64,000 nucleotides of DNA, taken from positions 90,475 through 154,474 of the forward strand of contig CAVZNM010000005.1 in the NCBI GenBank assembly GCA_963776685.1, written 5' to 3'. Below are positions 1-10,819 of this stretch, in pieces. Positions within the stretch are counted from its first letter, which is position 1. The number at the start of each line of letters is the position of its first letter. The notes beneath the pieces were generated by a model that worked only from the letters and a program-made list of their open reading frames with translations, had not been told where the DNA came from and did no database searches. Source of the DNA: an uncultured Alphaproteobacteria bacterium (GTDB taxonomy: Bacteria > Pseudomonadota > Alphaproteobacteria > Rhizobiales > Aestuariivirgaceae). Both the position numbers and the translations under genes were made by a program.

Positions 1-468
1 CTTGCGCGCCGAGATGCGGTAGCCGCCCTCGACCTTGACCGCCTTGCCGGTGCCGGGGATCCAGTCCGAACCGCCGCTGGTCAACAGGATGATCCTCTCC
101 GCCGCCACCCGCTTCAGCAGCGGCTCCACTACGGCGATCTTCTGGTGGCGCCACCGCCAGGCGGGAATGGCGACCTGGTGGGTGTGCATGGCAAAGGCGA
201 GGGCGGTGGAACTGCAATAATGAGCGAGTGTCCGCAGCATGTCGCAGACCTCTGGATAAGCCATGCCCATGCCGCCGAGTTCGGCCGGTACGGCCGCCGC
301 CAGCAGGCCCGAAGCCCGCAGCGCCTCGTAATTGTCGGCAACAAAACTGTCGGTCTCGTCGTGTTCGGAAGCCCTCTTGGCAAAATTCTCGCCAAGCCTG
401 CGGATGAGGCCAGGGGAATTTTCAGCAGAAGCGAATTCAGGTTGGACAGCAGCAGCAAGTTTCGTCAT
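1..468 (-). CDS. Acyl-CoA dehydrogenase family protein (5' part; runs off window start)
   Basis: Not in the ORF track. Manual translation from ATG 468 gives MTKLAAAV...RASEHDETDSFVADNYEALRASGLLAAAVPAELGGMG...STALAFAMHTH...AVKVEGGYRISARK, a typical ACAD N-terminus. An AGGAG RBS precedes it. Confidence 0.85.
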   Translation of the reverse strand, partial: MTKLAAAVQPEFASAENSPGLIRRLGENFAKRASEHDETDSFVADNYEALRASGLLAAAVPAELGGMGMAYPEVCDMLRTLAHYCSSTALAFAMHTHQVAIPAWRWRHQKIAVVEPLLKRVAAERIILLTSGGSDWIPGTGKAVKVEGGYRISARK

Positions 469-533
469 GGCGTTCTCCTGTGCGGAACCGGTGAAGATTG
501 AGGCGAGCCTCGGCGCGTTTGGGACAACCGTCT

Positions 534-550
534 AGTATCGAAACTGTACT
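534..550. promoter_or_regulatory. Possible HxlR operator (AGTA-N9-TACT palindrome)
   Basis: Short inverted repeat between the divergent ACAD and HxlR genes. Assignment is inference only. Confidence 0.25.
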
Positions 551-609
551 TGTCACCGCGGTTTTCGACTATGCTTCTCCAGCCGGTATTCCGGCCGAGG
601 GAGGACAGG

Positions 610-1305
610 ATGGCAAGCCAAGGCGGTTATGGACAGTTCTGTCCGGTGGCGATGGCATCGGAAATCGTCTGTGCGCGCTGGACGACGCTGATTCTGCGCG
701 AGATGATGTGCGGCAGCACGCGCTTTAACGATCTCCGCCGCGGCGTTCCGCGCATGTCGCCGGCCCTACTGTCGAAGCGCCTGAAGGAACTCGAGAAGGC
801 AGGTGTCATCGTCTCAACTCCAAGCGGACGCAATAAGTCGGTCGACTACCGGCTCTCTCCGGCCGGCGAGGATTTGCGCGACGTGGTGATGAGGATCGGC
901 AGCTGGGGCCAGCGCTGGGTAGAATTGCAAGTGTCGTTACGCAATCTCGATCCGTCACTCTTGATGTGGGACATGCGCCGCAATCTTAGGCCCGAGCCTC
1001 TGCCGCCGCGCCGCTGTACGATACAGTTTCAGTACCCGGAATTTTCCGAAGCGCGGCGCAACTATTGGCTGGTCGTGGAGCAGGGCAAGGTCGATCTTTG
1101 CGGCTTCGATCCCGGCTTTGAGGTCGATCTCTTGATACGTGGCCCCTTGCGCAGCATGACGGCGATCTGGATGGGACTTTCCACCGTTAGGCGCGAACGC
1201 GAGGCGGGCACGCTTGAACTTGAAGGCGATTCCGGTATCGCCAGGGCCATGCAGCGATGGCTGGGTCTGAGCCCCTTCGCCCGCGAGCAGCGCCGTGTGG
1301 CGTAA
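610..1305 (+). CDS. HxlR-family winged-helix regulator with C-terminal SCP2-like extension
   Basis: YGQFCPVAMASEIVCARWTTLILRE...RFNDLRRGVPRMSPALLSKRLKELE. GAGGA RBS before ATG 610. Confidence 0.88.
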   Translation: MASQGGYGQFCPVAMASEIVCARWTTLILREMMCGSTRFNDLRRGVPRMSPALLSKRLKELEKAGVIVSTPSGRNKSVDYRLSPAGEDLRDVVMRIGSWGQRWVELQVSLRNLDPSLLMWDMRRNLRPEPLPPRRCTIQFQYPEFSEARRNYWLVVEQGKVDLCGFDPGFEVDLLIRGPLRSMTAIWMGLSTVRREREAGTLELEGDSGIARAMQRWLGLSPFAREQRRVA

Positions 1306-1932
1306 TCAGCCCTTGGCCCGCGGCATCAGCTCGTAGGGATGCTTCCAGCCGGGGAGCGCCTTGATGCGGTCGAGCCAGTTCAGCACATGCGGGTAGGGGT
1401 CGAGCGGCACCGTGAGCTCGTCGCCGTAATAGAGATAGCCGCACATGGAAAGATCGGCGATGGTGGCGCGTTTGCCGAGGAGGAACGGGTTCTCCGCCAA
1501 ATGCTGATCGGCGATCTTAAGTGCATTGATGCAGCGGCCGCGCAGGAATTCGGTCACCGGCGTCTCGCCGGTCTTGGCGAATTGCATGAGGAACCGGAGG
1601 GTGGCGAGATAACTGGTGAATTTGTGATTATCGAACAGGATCCAGCGCCAGAGTTCGCGCCGCTCGTCGTCGCTCTTGGCGCCGAACTTGCGCGTCTGTT
1701 CGGCGAGGTAATCGAGAATGACTCCTGACTGGGTGAATTTCCGCGTTTCATGCACAAGGACAGGAACCTCGCCCATTGGATTGATATCACGGCGGTATTC
1801 CGGAGTGCGGGTTTCGCCGTTGAAGTAATCGACGAACACCGGCTGCCATTTGAGCCTGCATAAGGCCAGCATCAGAGCCGCCTTGTAGGAGTTGCCCGAT
1901 TCGCCGAAGCAATAGAGCTTGTAGTCGGCCAT
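1306..1932 (-). CDS. Glutathione S-transferase
   Basis: ESGNSYK, INPMGEVPVL, TQSGVILDYLA and TIADLS motifs. Confidence 0.9.
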   Translation of the reverse strand: MADYKLYCFGESGNSYKAALMLALCRLKWQPVFVDYFNGETRTPEYRRDINPMGEVPVLVHETRKFTQSGVILDYLAEQTRKFGAKSDDERRELWRWILFDNHKFTSYLATLRFLMQFAKTGETPVTEFLRGRCINALKIADQHLAENPFLLGKRATIADLSMCGYLYYGDELTVPLDPYPHVLNWLDRIKALPGWKHPYELMPRAKG

Positions 1933-1993
1933 TTTCTGAGTGATTCCCGGTCAGCACGCCCCGCCGCTGGAATAGTCCCGCTGGAGCCGCAAT

Positions 1994-2424
1994 TCAACGC
2001 CGCAATCGATGGCGCCGCAGTTTTCCCTCCGCGCCATCGCCCGCCAGTTCGTCCAGAATTGGGCAATGGGGCCGGCTGTCACCCTCGCAGGCGTCGGCGA
2101 AATGCTTGACTGTGCCGACCAGCTCGCGCATGCGGCGGATTTGCGCCTCCATATCGGCGATGTGGGCGAGCGCCACGCGCTTGACTTCGCGGCTCGGGCG
2201 TTTGCGGTCGTTCCACAATTGCAACAAGTTCGCGGATGCGCTCGACCGGAAAGCCGAGCTCGCGGGCGCGCTGGACGAAGCGCAGCCGGTGCACGTCGCT
2301 CGTCCTCATAGATGCGATAGCCGCTGTCGCGCCGTTTAGGGACTGGGATGAGGCCGATCTCTTCGTAATATCGGATCATCTTGGCCGAGATGCCCGATGC
2401 GTCCGCTGCATCGCCGATCTGCAT
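1994..2424 (-). CDS. cueR: Cu(I)-responsive MerR-family regulator (frameshifted in this sequence)
   Basis: MQIGDAADASGISAKMIRYYEEIGL N-terminus. C-terminal CEGDSRPHCPIL metal loop lies in another frame. Divergent from copA. Confidence 0.88.
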
Positions 2425-2452
2425 GGATTGCTTTCCTCTTCTGAAGTTCCGC

Positions 2453-2483
2453 TTGACCTTACCATGATGGGAAGGTTTATATG
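2453..2483 (+). promoter_or_regulatory. CueR-dependent copA promoter with 19-bp spacer and cue box
   Basis: TTGACC-N19-TATATG with the dyad ACCTTAC-N7-GGAAGGT (2456-2476), the canonical MerR/CueR arrangement. Confidence 0.85.
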
Positions 2484-2517
2484 AAGCGTCATCTTCGCTC
2501 CGCAATTGCCCGAGGAC

Positions 2518-4887
2518 ATGATGACGGAACACCGCCACGATCAAATGCAACACGCCCGTCACGCGACTGGAAGTCCAGCGGCTGCGGGACTGGCCATCGA
2601 TCCGGTCTGCGGCATGAGCGTCGATCCCGCACACCGCCAAGCACAAGGCCGATCATGGCGGCCGCCCGTATTATTTCTGCTCGGCCGGCTGCCGCACCAA
2701 GTTCATCGCCAATCCGCAGAAATATCTGGATCCCGAAGCCGCCAAGGCGGCGACTGAACCGGTTCCCGAAGGCACCATCTACACCTGCCCGATGCATCCG
2801 GAAATCCGCCAGGTGGGACCGGGCTCGTGCCCGATCTGCGGCATGGCGCTCGAGCCCCTGCTGGCCGGCGCCGAGAGCGGACCCAATCCGGAACTGATCG
2901 ACATGACGCGGCGGTTCTGGATCGGGCTCGCGGTGTCGCTGCCGGTCGTGGCACTGGAAATGGGCGGGCATCTGACCGGCCTGCACATGCTGCTGGGCAA
3001 GCAGACTTCGAACTGGATGCAGTTTGCGCTCGCAACGCCGGTCGTGCTGTGGGCAGGCTGGCCGTTCTTCGTGCGCGGCTGGCAGTCGCTGGTGACCCGC
3101 AATCTCAACATGTTCACGCTGATCGCCATGGGCACCGGCGTGGCCTGGGTCTACAGCGTCATCGCCACCGCTTTGCCGCAGATTTTCCCGGCCGCCTTCC
3201 GCGAGGCGGATGGTTCGGTCGCGGTCTATTTCGAGGCGGCCGCCGTCATCACAGTTCTGGTGCTGCTCGGCCAGGTTCTGGAATTGCGGGCCCGCGAGCA
3301 GACCTCCGGCGCCATCCGGGCGCTTCTCGACCTGGCGCCGAAGACGGCCCGGCGACTCAGCGCCGACGGCACCGACGAGGAGATCGCCCTCGATGTCATT
3401 GGCGTCGGCGATCAATTGCGGGTGCGGCCCGGCGAAAAAGTGCCGGTCGATGGCGTGGTCACCGAAGGCCGGGTGTCGATCGACGAATCGATGGTGACGG
3501 GCGAATCCATGCCGGTCACCAAGGAGCCCGGATCGAAGGTGATCGGCGGCACGCTCAATGCCTCCGGCAGCTTCGTCATGCGGGCCGAAAAGATCGGCCG
3601 CGACACCATGCTCGCCCGCATCGTGCAGATGGTGGCCGATGCGCAGCGCAGCCGCGCGCCGATCCAGCGGCTGGCCGATCAGGTCTCGGGCTGGTTTGTG
3701 CCCGTTGGTCATCGTCATTGCCGTGGCCGCCTTCGCCGCCTGGTCGATCTGGGGGCCGGAGCCGCGCTATGCCTACGGCCTGGTCGCTGCCGTGGCCGTG
3801 CTGATCATCGCCTGTCCTTGTGCGCTCGGCCTGGCAACGCCCATGTCGATCATGGTGGGTGTCGGCCGCGGCGCCCAGGCCGGCGTTCTGATCAAAAATG
3901 CCGAGGCGCTGGAACGCCTGGAGAAGGTCGATACGCTGGTCATCGACAAGACCGGAACGCTCACGGAAGGCAAGGCCGGCGGTAACTGCCATCGTGACCG
4001 CGAAAGGTTTCGAGGAAGCGGAAATCCTGCGTCTCGCGGCCAGCGTCGAGCAGGCGAGCGAGCATCCGCTGGCCGCCGCCATCGTTGCCGCGGCCAAGGC
4101 CCGCAAGATTGCGCTTGGCCAAGGTCATGGGCTTTGACTCGCCCACCGGCAAGGGCGCCATCGGCATGGTGGAGCGCAAGCGCATTGCTCTCGGCAACGC
4201 CAAATTCTTCGGCGAACTGAAGATAGCCACTGATGCATCTGGCCGAGGCGGCCGAAGGCCTGCGCCGCGATGGCGCCACCGCCATCTTCATCGCCATCAA
4301 CGGCAAGGCGGCCGGCATCTTCGCCATCGCCGATCCGGTGAAGGCAACGACACCGGCCGCACTTGCGGCGCTTAACGGCCGAGGGTATCCGCATCGTCAT
4401 GCTCACCGGCGACAATCGCACCACGGCCGAGGCGATCGCTCGCAAGCTCGGCATTGCCGACATCGAAGCCGATGTCCTGCCCGACCGAAGGCCGAAATCG
4501 TCGCCGAGTTGAAGCGCGAGGGCAAGGTCGTTGCCATGGCGGGCGACGGCGTCAACGATGCACCCGCACTTGCCGCCGCCGATGTCGGCATCGCCATGGG
4601 CACCGGCACCGATGTGGCGATCGAAAGTGCCGGCATCACGCTGCTTCAGGGGCGATCTCATCGGCATCGTGAGGGCGAGGCGCCTGTCGCGTGCCACCAT
4701 GAGCAATATCCGGCAGAACCTGTTCTTCGCCTTCATCTATAACGCAGCGGGTGTTCCGATCGCAGCGGGCGTGCTCTATCCGGCTTTCGGCATTCTGCTG
4801 TCGCCAATCATCGCCGCGGCCGCCATGGCGCTAAGCTCAGTCAGCGTCATCGGCAATGCGCTCAGGCTGCGGTGGGTGAGGATCTGA
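2518..4887 (+). CDS. copA: P1B-type Cu(I)-exporting ATPase with YHS and heavy-metal-binding N-terminal domains (several frameshifts)
   Basis: DPVCGM (YHS), [36 protein letters not shown] and YN...MALSS motifs spread over successive frames. Confidence 0.92.
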
Positions 4888-4999
4888 GAATTGCGAATGG
4901 CGCAGGTGCTGCGGCACACGCCGCATTTGGGCGTGGCCGGACGCCTTGCCGCATGCTAGGAAAGCCACCGATCAAGACCAAATGACGGGGATCGCAACA

Positions 5000-5611
5000 A
5001 TGAAGCGCATAGCACTTCTTGCTACTGTTTTCGCTCTCGCCGGCGCCGCACCGGCTTTCGCCCACACCGGAACCGGAAATGCCTCGGGCTTTGTCCATCC
5101 GTTTCTTGGGTCGGACCATCTTCTCGCCATGCTGGCGGTCGGTGCCTGGGGCGCCATGCTAGGCAACCGCGCTCTCTGGGCGGTGCCGGCGGCCTTCATA
5201 AGCGCTATGGCGCTGGGTGGTGCAATGGCAATGATCGGCGTGGACTTGCCCTTCGTCGAGGCAACCATCTTCGCCTCGGTGCTGGTGCTTGGCGCCTTTG
5301 TGCTGGCGCGGATCAGGATGCCGGTCTGGGCCTGCATGGCGGTCGCCGGCCTGTTCGCGCTCGCCCATGGCCAGGCCCATGGCGCGGAATTGCCGCCGAT
5401 GGCCGATGCCTGGATTTATGGATTTGGATTCGTGACCGCGACTGCGCTAATTCACGCCTTTGGTGCCATTGCCACGCGATTTGCTTTGAGAACACGTAAG
5501 GATCTACATGCCCCAGCGCAGCGCCGCCGTATGAACGGCAGCGTCCCAATGCTTCGCGAGGTCGCCGTCGAGCTTGGTGACGGTGATCGAACATCCGGCC
5601 ATGTCGAGTGA
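5000..5611 (+). CDS. HupE/UreJ-family Ni/Co transporter
   Basis: Signal peptide AFA-H, HPFLGSDHLLAM and AHGQAHGAE motifs. The 3' end is uncertain because it overlaps dhaK. Confidence 0.82.
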   Translation: MKRIALLATVFALAGAAPAFAHTGTGNASGFVHPFLGSDHLLAMLAVGAWGAMLGNRALWAVPAAFISAMALGGAMAMIGVDLPFVEATIFASVLVLGAFVLARIRMPVWACMAVAGLFALAHGQAHGAELPPMADAWIYGFGFVTATALIHAFGAIATRFALRTRKDLHAPAQRRRMNGSVPMLREVAVELGDGDRTSGHVE

Positions 5612-6490
5612 GGTAACGTAGCTCCCGACCAGCGAGCGCACGACGCGCACGCCCTTCTTTTCCAGGACTGTCCGCGCATTCTCGTAGACGAGATAGAGTT
5701 CCATGGCAGGGGTGCCGCCGAAACCATTGACGAACAGCAGAGCATCGCCGTCCGGCTTCTCGAGATCGCCGACAATGGCGCCCACCATCTCTTCGGCGAT
5801 CTCACGGGCCGGCTTGAGTTTGACACGGCGGCGGCCCGGTTCGCCGTGAATGCCGACTCCCATTTCCATCTCGTCTTCGTCAATCGCGAAAGTGGGCTTG
5901 CCCGCGGCGGGCACCGTGCAACTTGTCAATGCCACACCCATTGACCGCGTCGCCTTGTTGACCCGGTCGCCGAGGGCCTTGAGCGTCGCGAGATCGGCGC
6001 CCTGTTCGGCAGCGCTGCCGGTGATCTTTTCCACGACCAGCGTTCCGGCGACTCCGCGCCGCCCAGAGGTAAAGAGCGAATTTTCCACCGCCACGTCGTC
6101 GTCGGTAACAACGGTCGCGATAGTCTTGCCGCTCATCTCGCGGGCCATGTCGAAATTCATCACATCGCCTTCGTAATTCTTGACGATGAACAGGAGACCC
6201 GCGCCGCTGTCGACCGCTTCCGCTGCCGCGATCATTTGATCCGGTGTCGGCGAGGTGAAGACCTGGCCGGGGCAGGCGGCATCGAGCATGCCGTGACCGA
6301 CGAAACCGGCATGCAGAGGTTCATGGCCGGAGCCACCGCCGGAGACCAGCCCCACCTTGCCGGGCTTGAGCCTGGCGCGCTGCACGAACTTGCGCTCGGC
6401 GCCGAGCTTGACGATGTCGGCATGGGCGGCGGCAAATCCGTCGAGGCTTTCGGCGAGCAGGTTTCCCACATCGTTGATCAGCTTCTTCAT
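5504..6490 (-). CDS. dhaK: Dihydroxyacetone kinase subunit K
   Basis: GGGSGHEP, FTSP, KNYEGD, RRGVAG, GIHGEPG and TSLDM motifs. Confidence 0.93.
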   Translation of the reverse strand: MKKLINDVGNLLAESLDGFAAAHADIVKLGAERKFVQRARLKPGKVGLVSGGGSGHEPLHAGFVGHGMLDAACPGQVFTSPTPDQMIAAAEAVDSGAGLLFIVKNYEGDVMNFDMAREMSGKTIATVVTDDDVAVENSLFTSGRRGVAGTLVVEKITGSAAEQGADLATLKALGDRVNKATRSMGVALTSCTVPAAGKPTFAIDEDEMEMGVGIHGEPGRRRVKLKPAREIAEEMVGAIVGDLEKPDGDALLFVNGFGGTPAMELYLVYENARTVLEKKGVRVVRSLVGSYVTSLDMAGCSITVTKLDGDLAKHWDAAVHTAALRWGM

Positions 6491-6934
6491 CGGCGCTTTC
6501 CTTTTCGCGATTCCGGTTTCATGAGCTGCGCCATCTGGCGCACGAAATCGATGACCATCGCATGCAGCCTTTCGTTGCGGGCATCGTCGCCCAGATCCGG
6601 CAGATAGACCGTATGCGGTTTCAACCGGTGGGCATCATGGATGAGGGCGAAGCGCTTGGGGTGAGCGCCGGCCATAGGCCTCCATGAACTGCTTCCGCTC
6701 GGCCGGCGAGAAATGGCAGATGTCGAACATCACCTCGAGGTGATTGGCGGGAATGGGTGTCGGATAGGCGGGATTGGAAATCTGGCTGATGAAACTGCGA
6801 TTCTTGGCGAGGGCCGCGGCCAGCCGCTGGCGCGTGCCCGATGGCCGGCGGTCGAGCACGGCGGCGAGCATGCGCTTGTAGGCGGCGACCGCTTCGCCCG
6901 ATATGATATCCGGTTTCTCCGGCGGCACGGCCAT
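6487..6934 (-). CDS. Hypothetical protein with HTH-like segment (one frameshift)
   Basis: RQRLAAALAKNRSFISQISNP resembles a Cro-type HTH. Joining ORFs 6635..6934 and 6487..6675 fills the gap between ptsP and dhaK, with an ATGA overlap onto dhaK. Confidence 0.6.
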
Positions 6935-6936
6935 GA

Positions 6937-8528
6937 TCAGAGCTCCGCGATGGCCGCCTTGACGCGCGCCAGGGCGGCGGGCGCCACCGACAGCGACGCG
7001 ATGCCGGCCTCCATGAGCAGCGCCAGATGTTTCGGCTCGCTCGCCATGTCGCCGCAAAGGCTGACCGGAATGCCGCGCTCACGGCCGAAGGCAGCCACCG
7101 CCGCAATGAGCCGTGCGACCGCCGGGTGGGCGGGATCGTTGAGGCTTGCCACCGACGGCTCGTCGCGGGAGGCCGCGGTCACATATTGGGTGAGATCGTT
7201 GCTGCCGATCGAGAAGAAGGCGGCGGCCGCGAAGAGCTCAGGTGCAACGGCGACGGCGGGAACTTCGACCATGATGCCGATGGGCGGCAGGGCGCAGGCC
7301 ACGCCCTCGCTCTTCAGCTCCTCGACGCATTGCACGAGAAGTGCTGCCGATCTGCCGATCTCCTCCGGCACCGTCACCATCGGCAGCATGATCTTGAGGT
7401 TGCCATGCACCGCGGCGCGGGCAAGCGCGCGAAGCTGCACACGGAAGACTTCCGGGCGCGCCAGGGTAAGCCGCACGCCGCGGAGGCCCAGGAAGGGGTT
7501 CTTCTCGCCCTCCGGCGTCAGGCCGGAAATAGGCTTGTCGCCGCCGATGTCGAGCGTGCGGATGGTGACCGGCCGCTCTTCCGCCCATTCGAGAAGAGAG
7601 CGATAGGCGCGGTACTGCCGCTCCTCATCGGGAAGCTCCGCGCCGTCGCGAAACAGAAATTCCGAGCGCATCAGGCCGATGCCGTCGCAGCTTGCTGACA
7701 TCGATCGACGCAAGCTCCTCGACGCTGGCGATGTTCACCAGGACTTCGATCTTCGTGCCATCCTTGCGCCGGGCGGGTCGATGCAGGTACTGCCGTTCGA
7801 CATCGCTGCGCGCCGCCAATGCCGCCGCACGCCGTGCATAGGTCTCGATGGTTTCAGGCGGCGGATCGGCGACGACGAGCCCCGCGCCGCCATCGACGAC
7901 AGCCCGGCTGTGGCCGCCCGGCCATGACGGACCGAGGCCGACCACCATCGGTATGCCGCGCGAGCGCGCCAGCATGGCCACATGGCTCGAGGCGCTGCCG
8001 GCGGCGAGAGCGATGGCGCCGCCCTGTGTCCAGTCAGTTTCGAGAAACAGGCTGGGCGCCAGGTCCTCGCCCACCAGAATTGCGCCGCTGCGAGAGTTGG
8101 TGCCGGTCTCGCCCGCCAGGGCGCGCAGCACCCGGTCGCGGATATCCTTGAGGTCGGCGGTGCGGGCGCGGAAATATTCGTCTTCCGACATTTCGTAGCC
8201 GGCGATCTCGCGTCCGAGGGCTGCCTGCCAAGCGGCATCGGCGGCAATTCCGCGATCGATTTCGGCGAGTGCGGGAGCCGCGAGGGCTGTGTCCTCAAGC
8301 ATGGCAAGTTGAAAACCGAGCATCTCGGCGGCTTCGCCCTTCGTCTGCTCCATCAGGCGGGCGATGGCGGCGGCGGCCGCGGCGATGGCCGCTTCGAGAT
8401 CGGCGCGTTCCCGCGATGGACTGCCAGACAGCCGGTGCCGCGCGCCCGCTACCGCCAAGTCCGGCCACCGGTCCGGCAAAAATTCCCTGAGAGGCCGGAC
8501 GGCCCTTGAACTCAGCCGCTGGCCGCAT
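6937..8528 (-). CDS. ptsP: PTS enzyme I (PEP-protein phosphotransferase), frameshifted
   Basis: SSHVAMLARSRGIP (phospho-His), GIGLMRSEFLF, RTLDIGGDK, NPFLGLRG, SIGSNDLTQY and LCGDM motifs. Confidence 0.9.
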
Positions 8529-8814
8529 GGGCCAGATCCTCGTCGAAATCGCGCTGCACCAGGCCTGTGACCGCCGTCAACGCGGCCTCCGCATCGCTGC
8601 CCTTGGCGCGGACATGGAGCATCGCGCCCTGTTTCACCTTCATCCCCATCACCTTGACGATGCTCTTGGCATCGACCCAGGGACCTTCACCCGAACCCGA
8701 GATTTCAATGGCGCCGACAAAACCCTTGGCGAGCTTGGTGAGCCGCACCGAGGGCCTCGCATGCAGGCCGGCATCGTGGGTGACAAGCACTTCGTCCTGC
8801 TTCCAGCCGGTCAT
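8512..8814 (-). CDS. HPr-family phosphocarrier
   Basis: GLHARPS (His15) and DAKSI (Ser46) motifs. 100 aa. Confidence 0.9.
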   Translation of the reverse strand: MTGWKQDEVLVTHDAGLHARPSVRLTKLAKGFVGAIEISGSGEGPWVDAKSIVKVMGMKVKQGAMLHVRAKGSDAEAALTAVTGLVQRDFDEDLAHAASG

Positions 8815-9203
8815 TGCGGTGACAACTCCTCGGCGGTGCGTTTGACGTCTTCGAGACTGGAACCGCCCCAGGCCTCGGTCGCAGCCATGACGGCGCCCTC
8901 GACGATCGGCGCGTTGCACACAACAACCTTGCCCTGCCGCTCCGGCGCCAACATTTCGACCGCCATTTCGCTGTTGGTCTCGGCGCCGCCGAGATCGACC
9001 AGAATGGCCACACCCTTGTCGGACCAGGCCTGGTCGATGGCGGCGAGGATTTTCTCGACACTGGTGCCAAGCCCACCATCGGGATTGCCGCCGCAGAAGC
9101 CCAACGGCACATCGTCGCCCACCATCTGCCGCACCATGTCGGCTGTGCCTTTCGCCACGTCCGGCGAATGCGAAACGATGACGATGCCGACCTTGCCGCT
9201 CAT
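8811..9203 (-). CDS. dhaM: DHA kinase phosphotransfer subunit (EIIA-Man-like)
   Basis: VGIVIVSHS, GGLGTS, DLGGA and NAPIVEGA motifs. Confidence 0.9.
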   Translation of the reverse strand: MSGKVGIVIVSHSPDVAKGTADMVRQMVGDDVPLGFCGGNPDGGLGTSVEKILAAIDQAWSDKGVAILVDLGGAETNSEMAVEMLAPERQGKVVVCNAPIVEGAVMAATEAWGGSSLEDVKRTAEELSPQ

Positions 9204-9811
9204 GGCTTGCCCTCCAAGGCGTCGCACACTGCCTCGACAAGCAGCTGGCTCGAGCGTGCACCGGGATCCATATGACCGATGGATCGCTCGCCGAGGAAGG
9301 AGGCACGGCCGCGGATCGCCTTCATCGGCACGGTGGCATCAGCCGAGGCGGCGGCGATCTTCCGTACACTGTCGAATGTGGCGCGGCCGCTCGCCAGCTC
9401 CGTCGGCCACCGGCCCCAGAACGTCGAGCATGGTCTTATTGCCAAATTCGGCCTTGCCGCGCGCCTTGATCGCATCGACCGCCGCTACCAAGGCCCGCGC
9501 CAGATCGGCGAGCGCGGGTTCGGCGGGCAGTTCCTTGCCGAGCGCCAGGAACAAGTGTGCCGTAGAGCGGCCCCGAGGCGCCGCCGACTTTCATCACCAG
9601 CGCCATGCCGATGGCTTTCAGGGCCTCGGGCAGGGGCTTTGCCAGGATGCTTGCCTTGTCCGCCAAAACCGCCTCGAAGCCGCGCTTCATGTTGAGGCCA
9701 TGGTCGGCGTCACCGATGGCCGAGTCGAGAGTCGGTCAGTTCATCGGCATGGCCGATGATGCGGGCTGCCGCGATCTCGAGGAGTTTTGCCAGGTCGGGC
9801 GCCATCTTCAT
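9200..9811 (-). CDS. dhaL: Dihydroxyacetone kinase subunit L (frameshifted)
   Basis: [30 protein letters not shown] and [22 protein letters not shown] across frames. Confidence 0.88.
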
Positions 9812-10819
9812 CACCTGATCCTGCCGCCGAAGCGATCGAAATAGAGAGGCTTGGCCGGCTTGAGCGATACGCGGTCTCCGGCCGCGAGCGGCGAATCGGG
9901 CGCCACCAGGGTCACGATGCGGTGGCCGTTCACTTTCACATGCAGATGATTCTGGTCGCCCAGATGCTCGACCCACTCGACCGTGCCCTGGCCCGATTTC
10001 GCCCTGGCGATGGCGAGATGCTCGGTGCGTGCGCCCAAGGTCACGGCGCCCGCGGGCAGCTTGCCATTCGGCACCAAATCCGCCGGCAGCAGGTTGATCT
10101 GCGGCTGGCCAAGACGCTGGGCGACATAGACCGAACCCGGATCCTCATAGATCTGGCGCGGACTGCCGACCTGCATGAGCTTGCCTTCGTTGATGACGCC
10201 GATGCGGTTGGCCATGGTCATCGCCTCGGTCTGGTCGTGCGTGACATAGAGGATCGTGGCGCCCAGCTCCTGCTGGATGCGCTTGAGTTCCAGCCGCAAT
10301 TCGGCGCGCAGCTTGGCATCGAGCGAGGAGAGCGGCTCGTCCATGAGATAGATCGACGGCTGGCGCACCAGCGCGCGGCCGATGGCGACGCGCTGCATCT
10401 CGCCGCCGGAAAGCTGCGTCGACTTGTTGCTGAGCTTGTGCGGGATGCGCAGCAGCTCGGCGACTTTCTGCACCCGCTCCTCGATCTCGCTCTTCCGGCA
10501 GCCGCCGCGCCGGCGAGCGCAGCGGGAAGGCGAGATTGTCGAACACGGAGAGATGCGGATAGAGCGAATATTGCTGGAACACGAAGGCGACATCGCGCGC
10601 GGCGGGTTCGAGGCTTGCGGCATTGCGGCCGCCGATCCATACTTCGCCGCGATCGGCCTTCTCGAGCCCGGCCACGAGGCGCAAGGTGGTGGTCTTGCCG
10701 GCCCCCGTCGGCCCCAGCAGCACGACGAATTCGCCGTCGGCGATGTCGAGCGAGAGGTCATCCACCGCCGTGACCGACTTGAAGCGCTTGCCGATGCCCT
10801 TGAGCGAGACCTCAGCCAC
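9811..10819 (-). CDS. Sugar (CUT1) ABC transporter ATP-binding protein (frameshifted)
   Basis: [22 protein letters not shown] and YVTHDQ motifs. Confidence 0.88.

Noticed and set aside
4888-4999. Cobalamin or NiCo riboswitch upstream of hupE
   Set aside because: Only a vague AAGCC...AGACC resemblance. The conserved B12-box elements are not evident.
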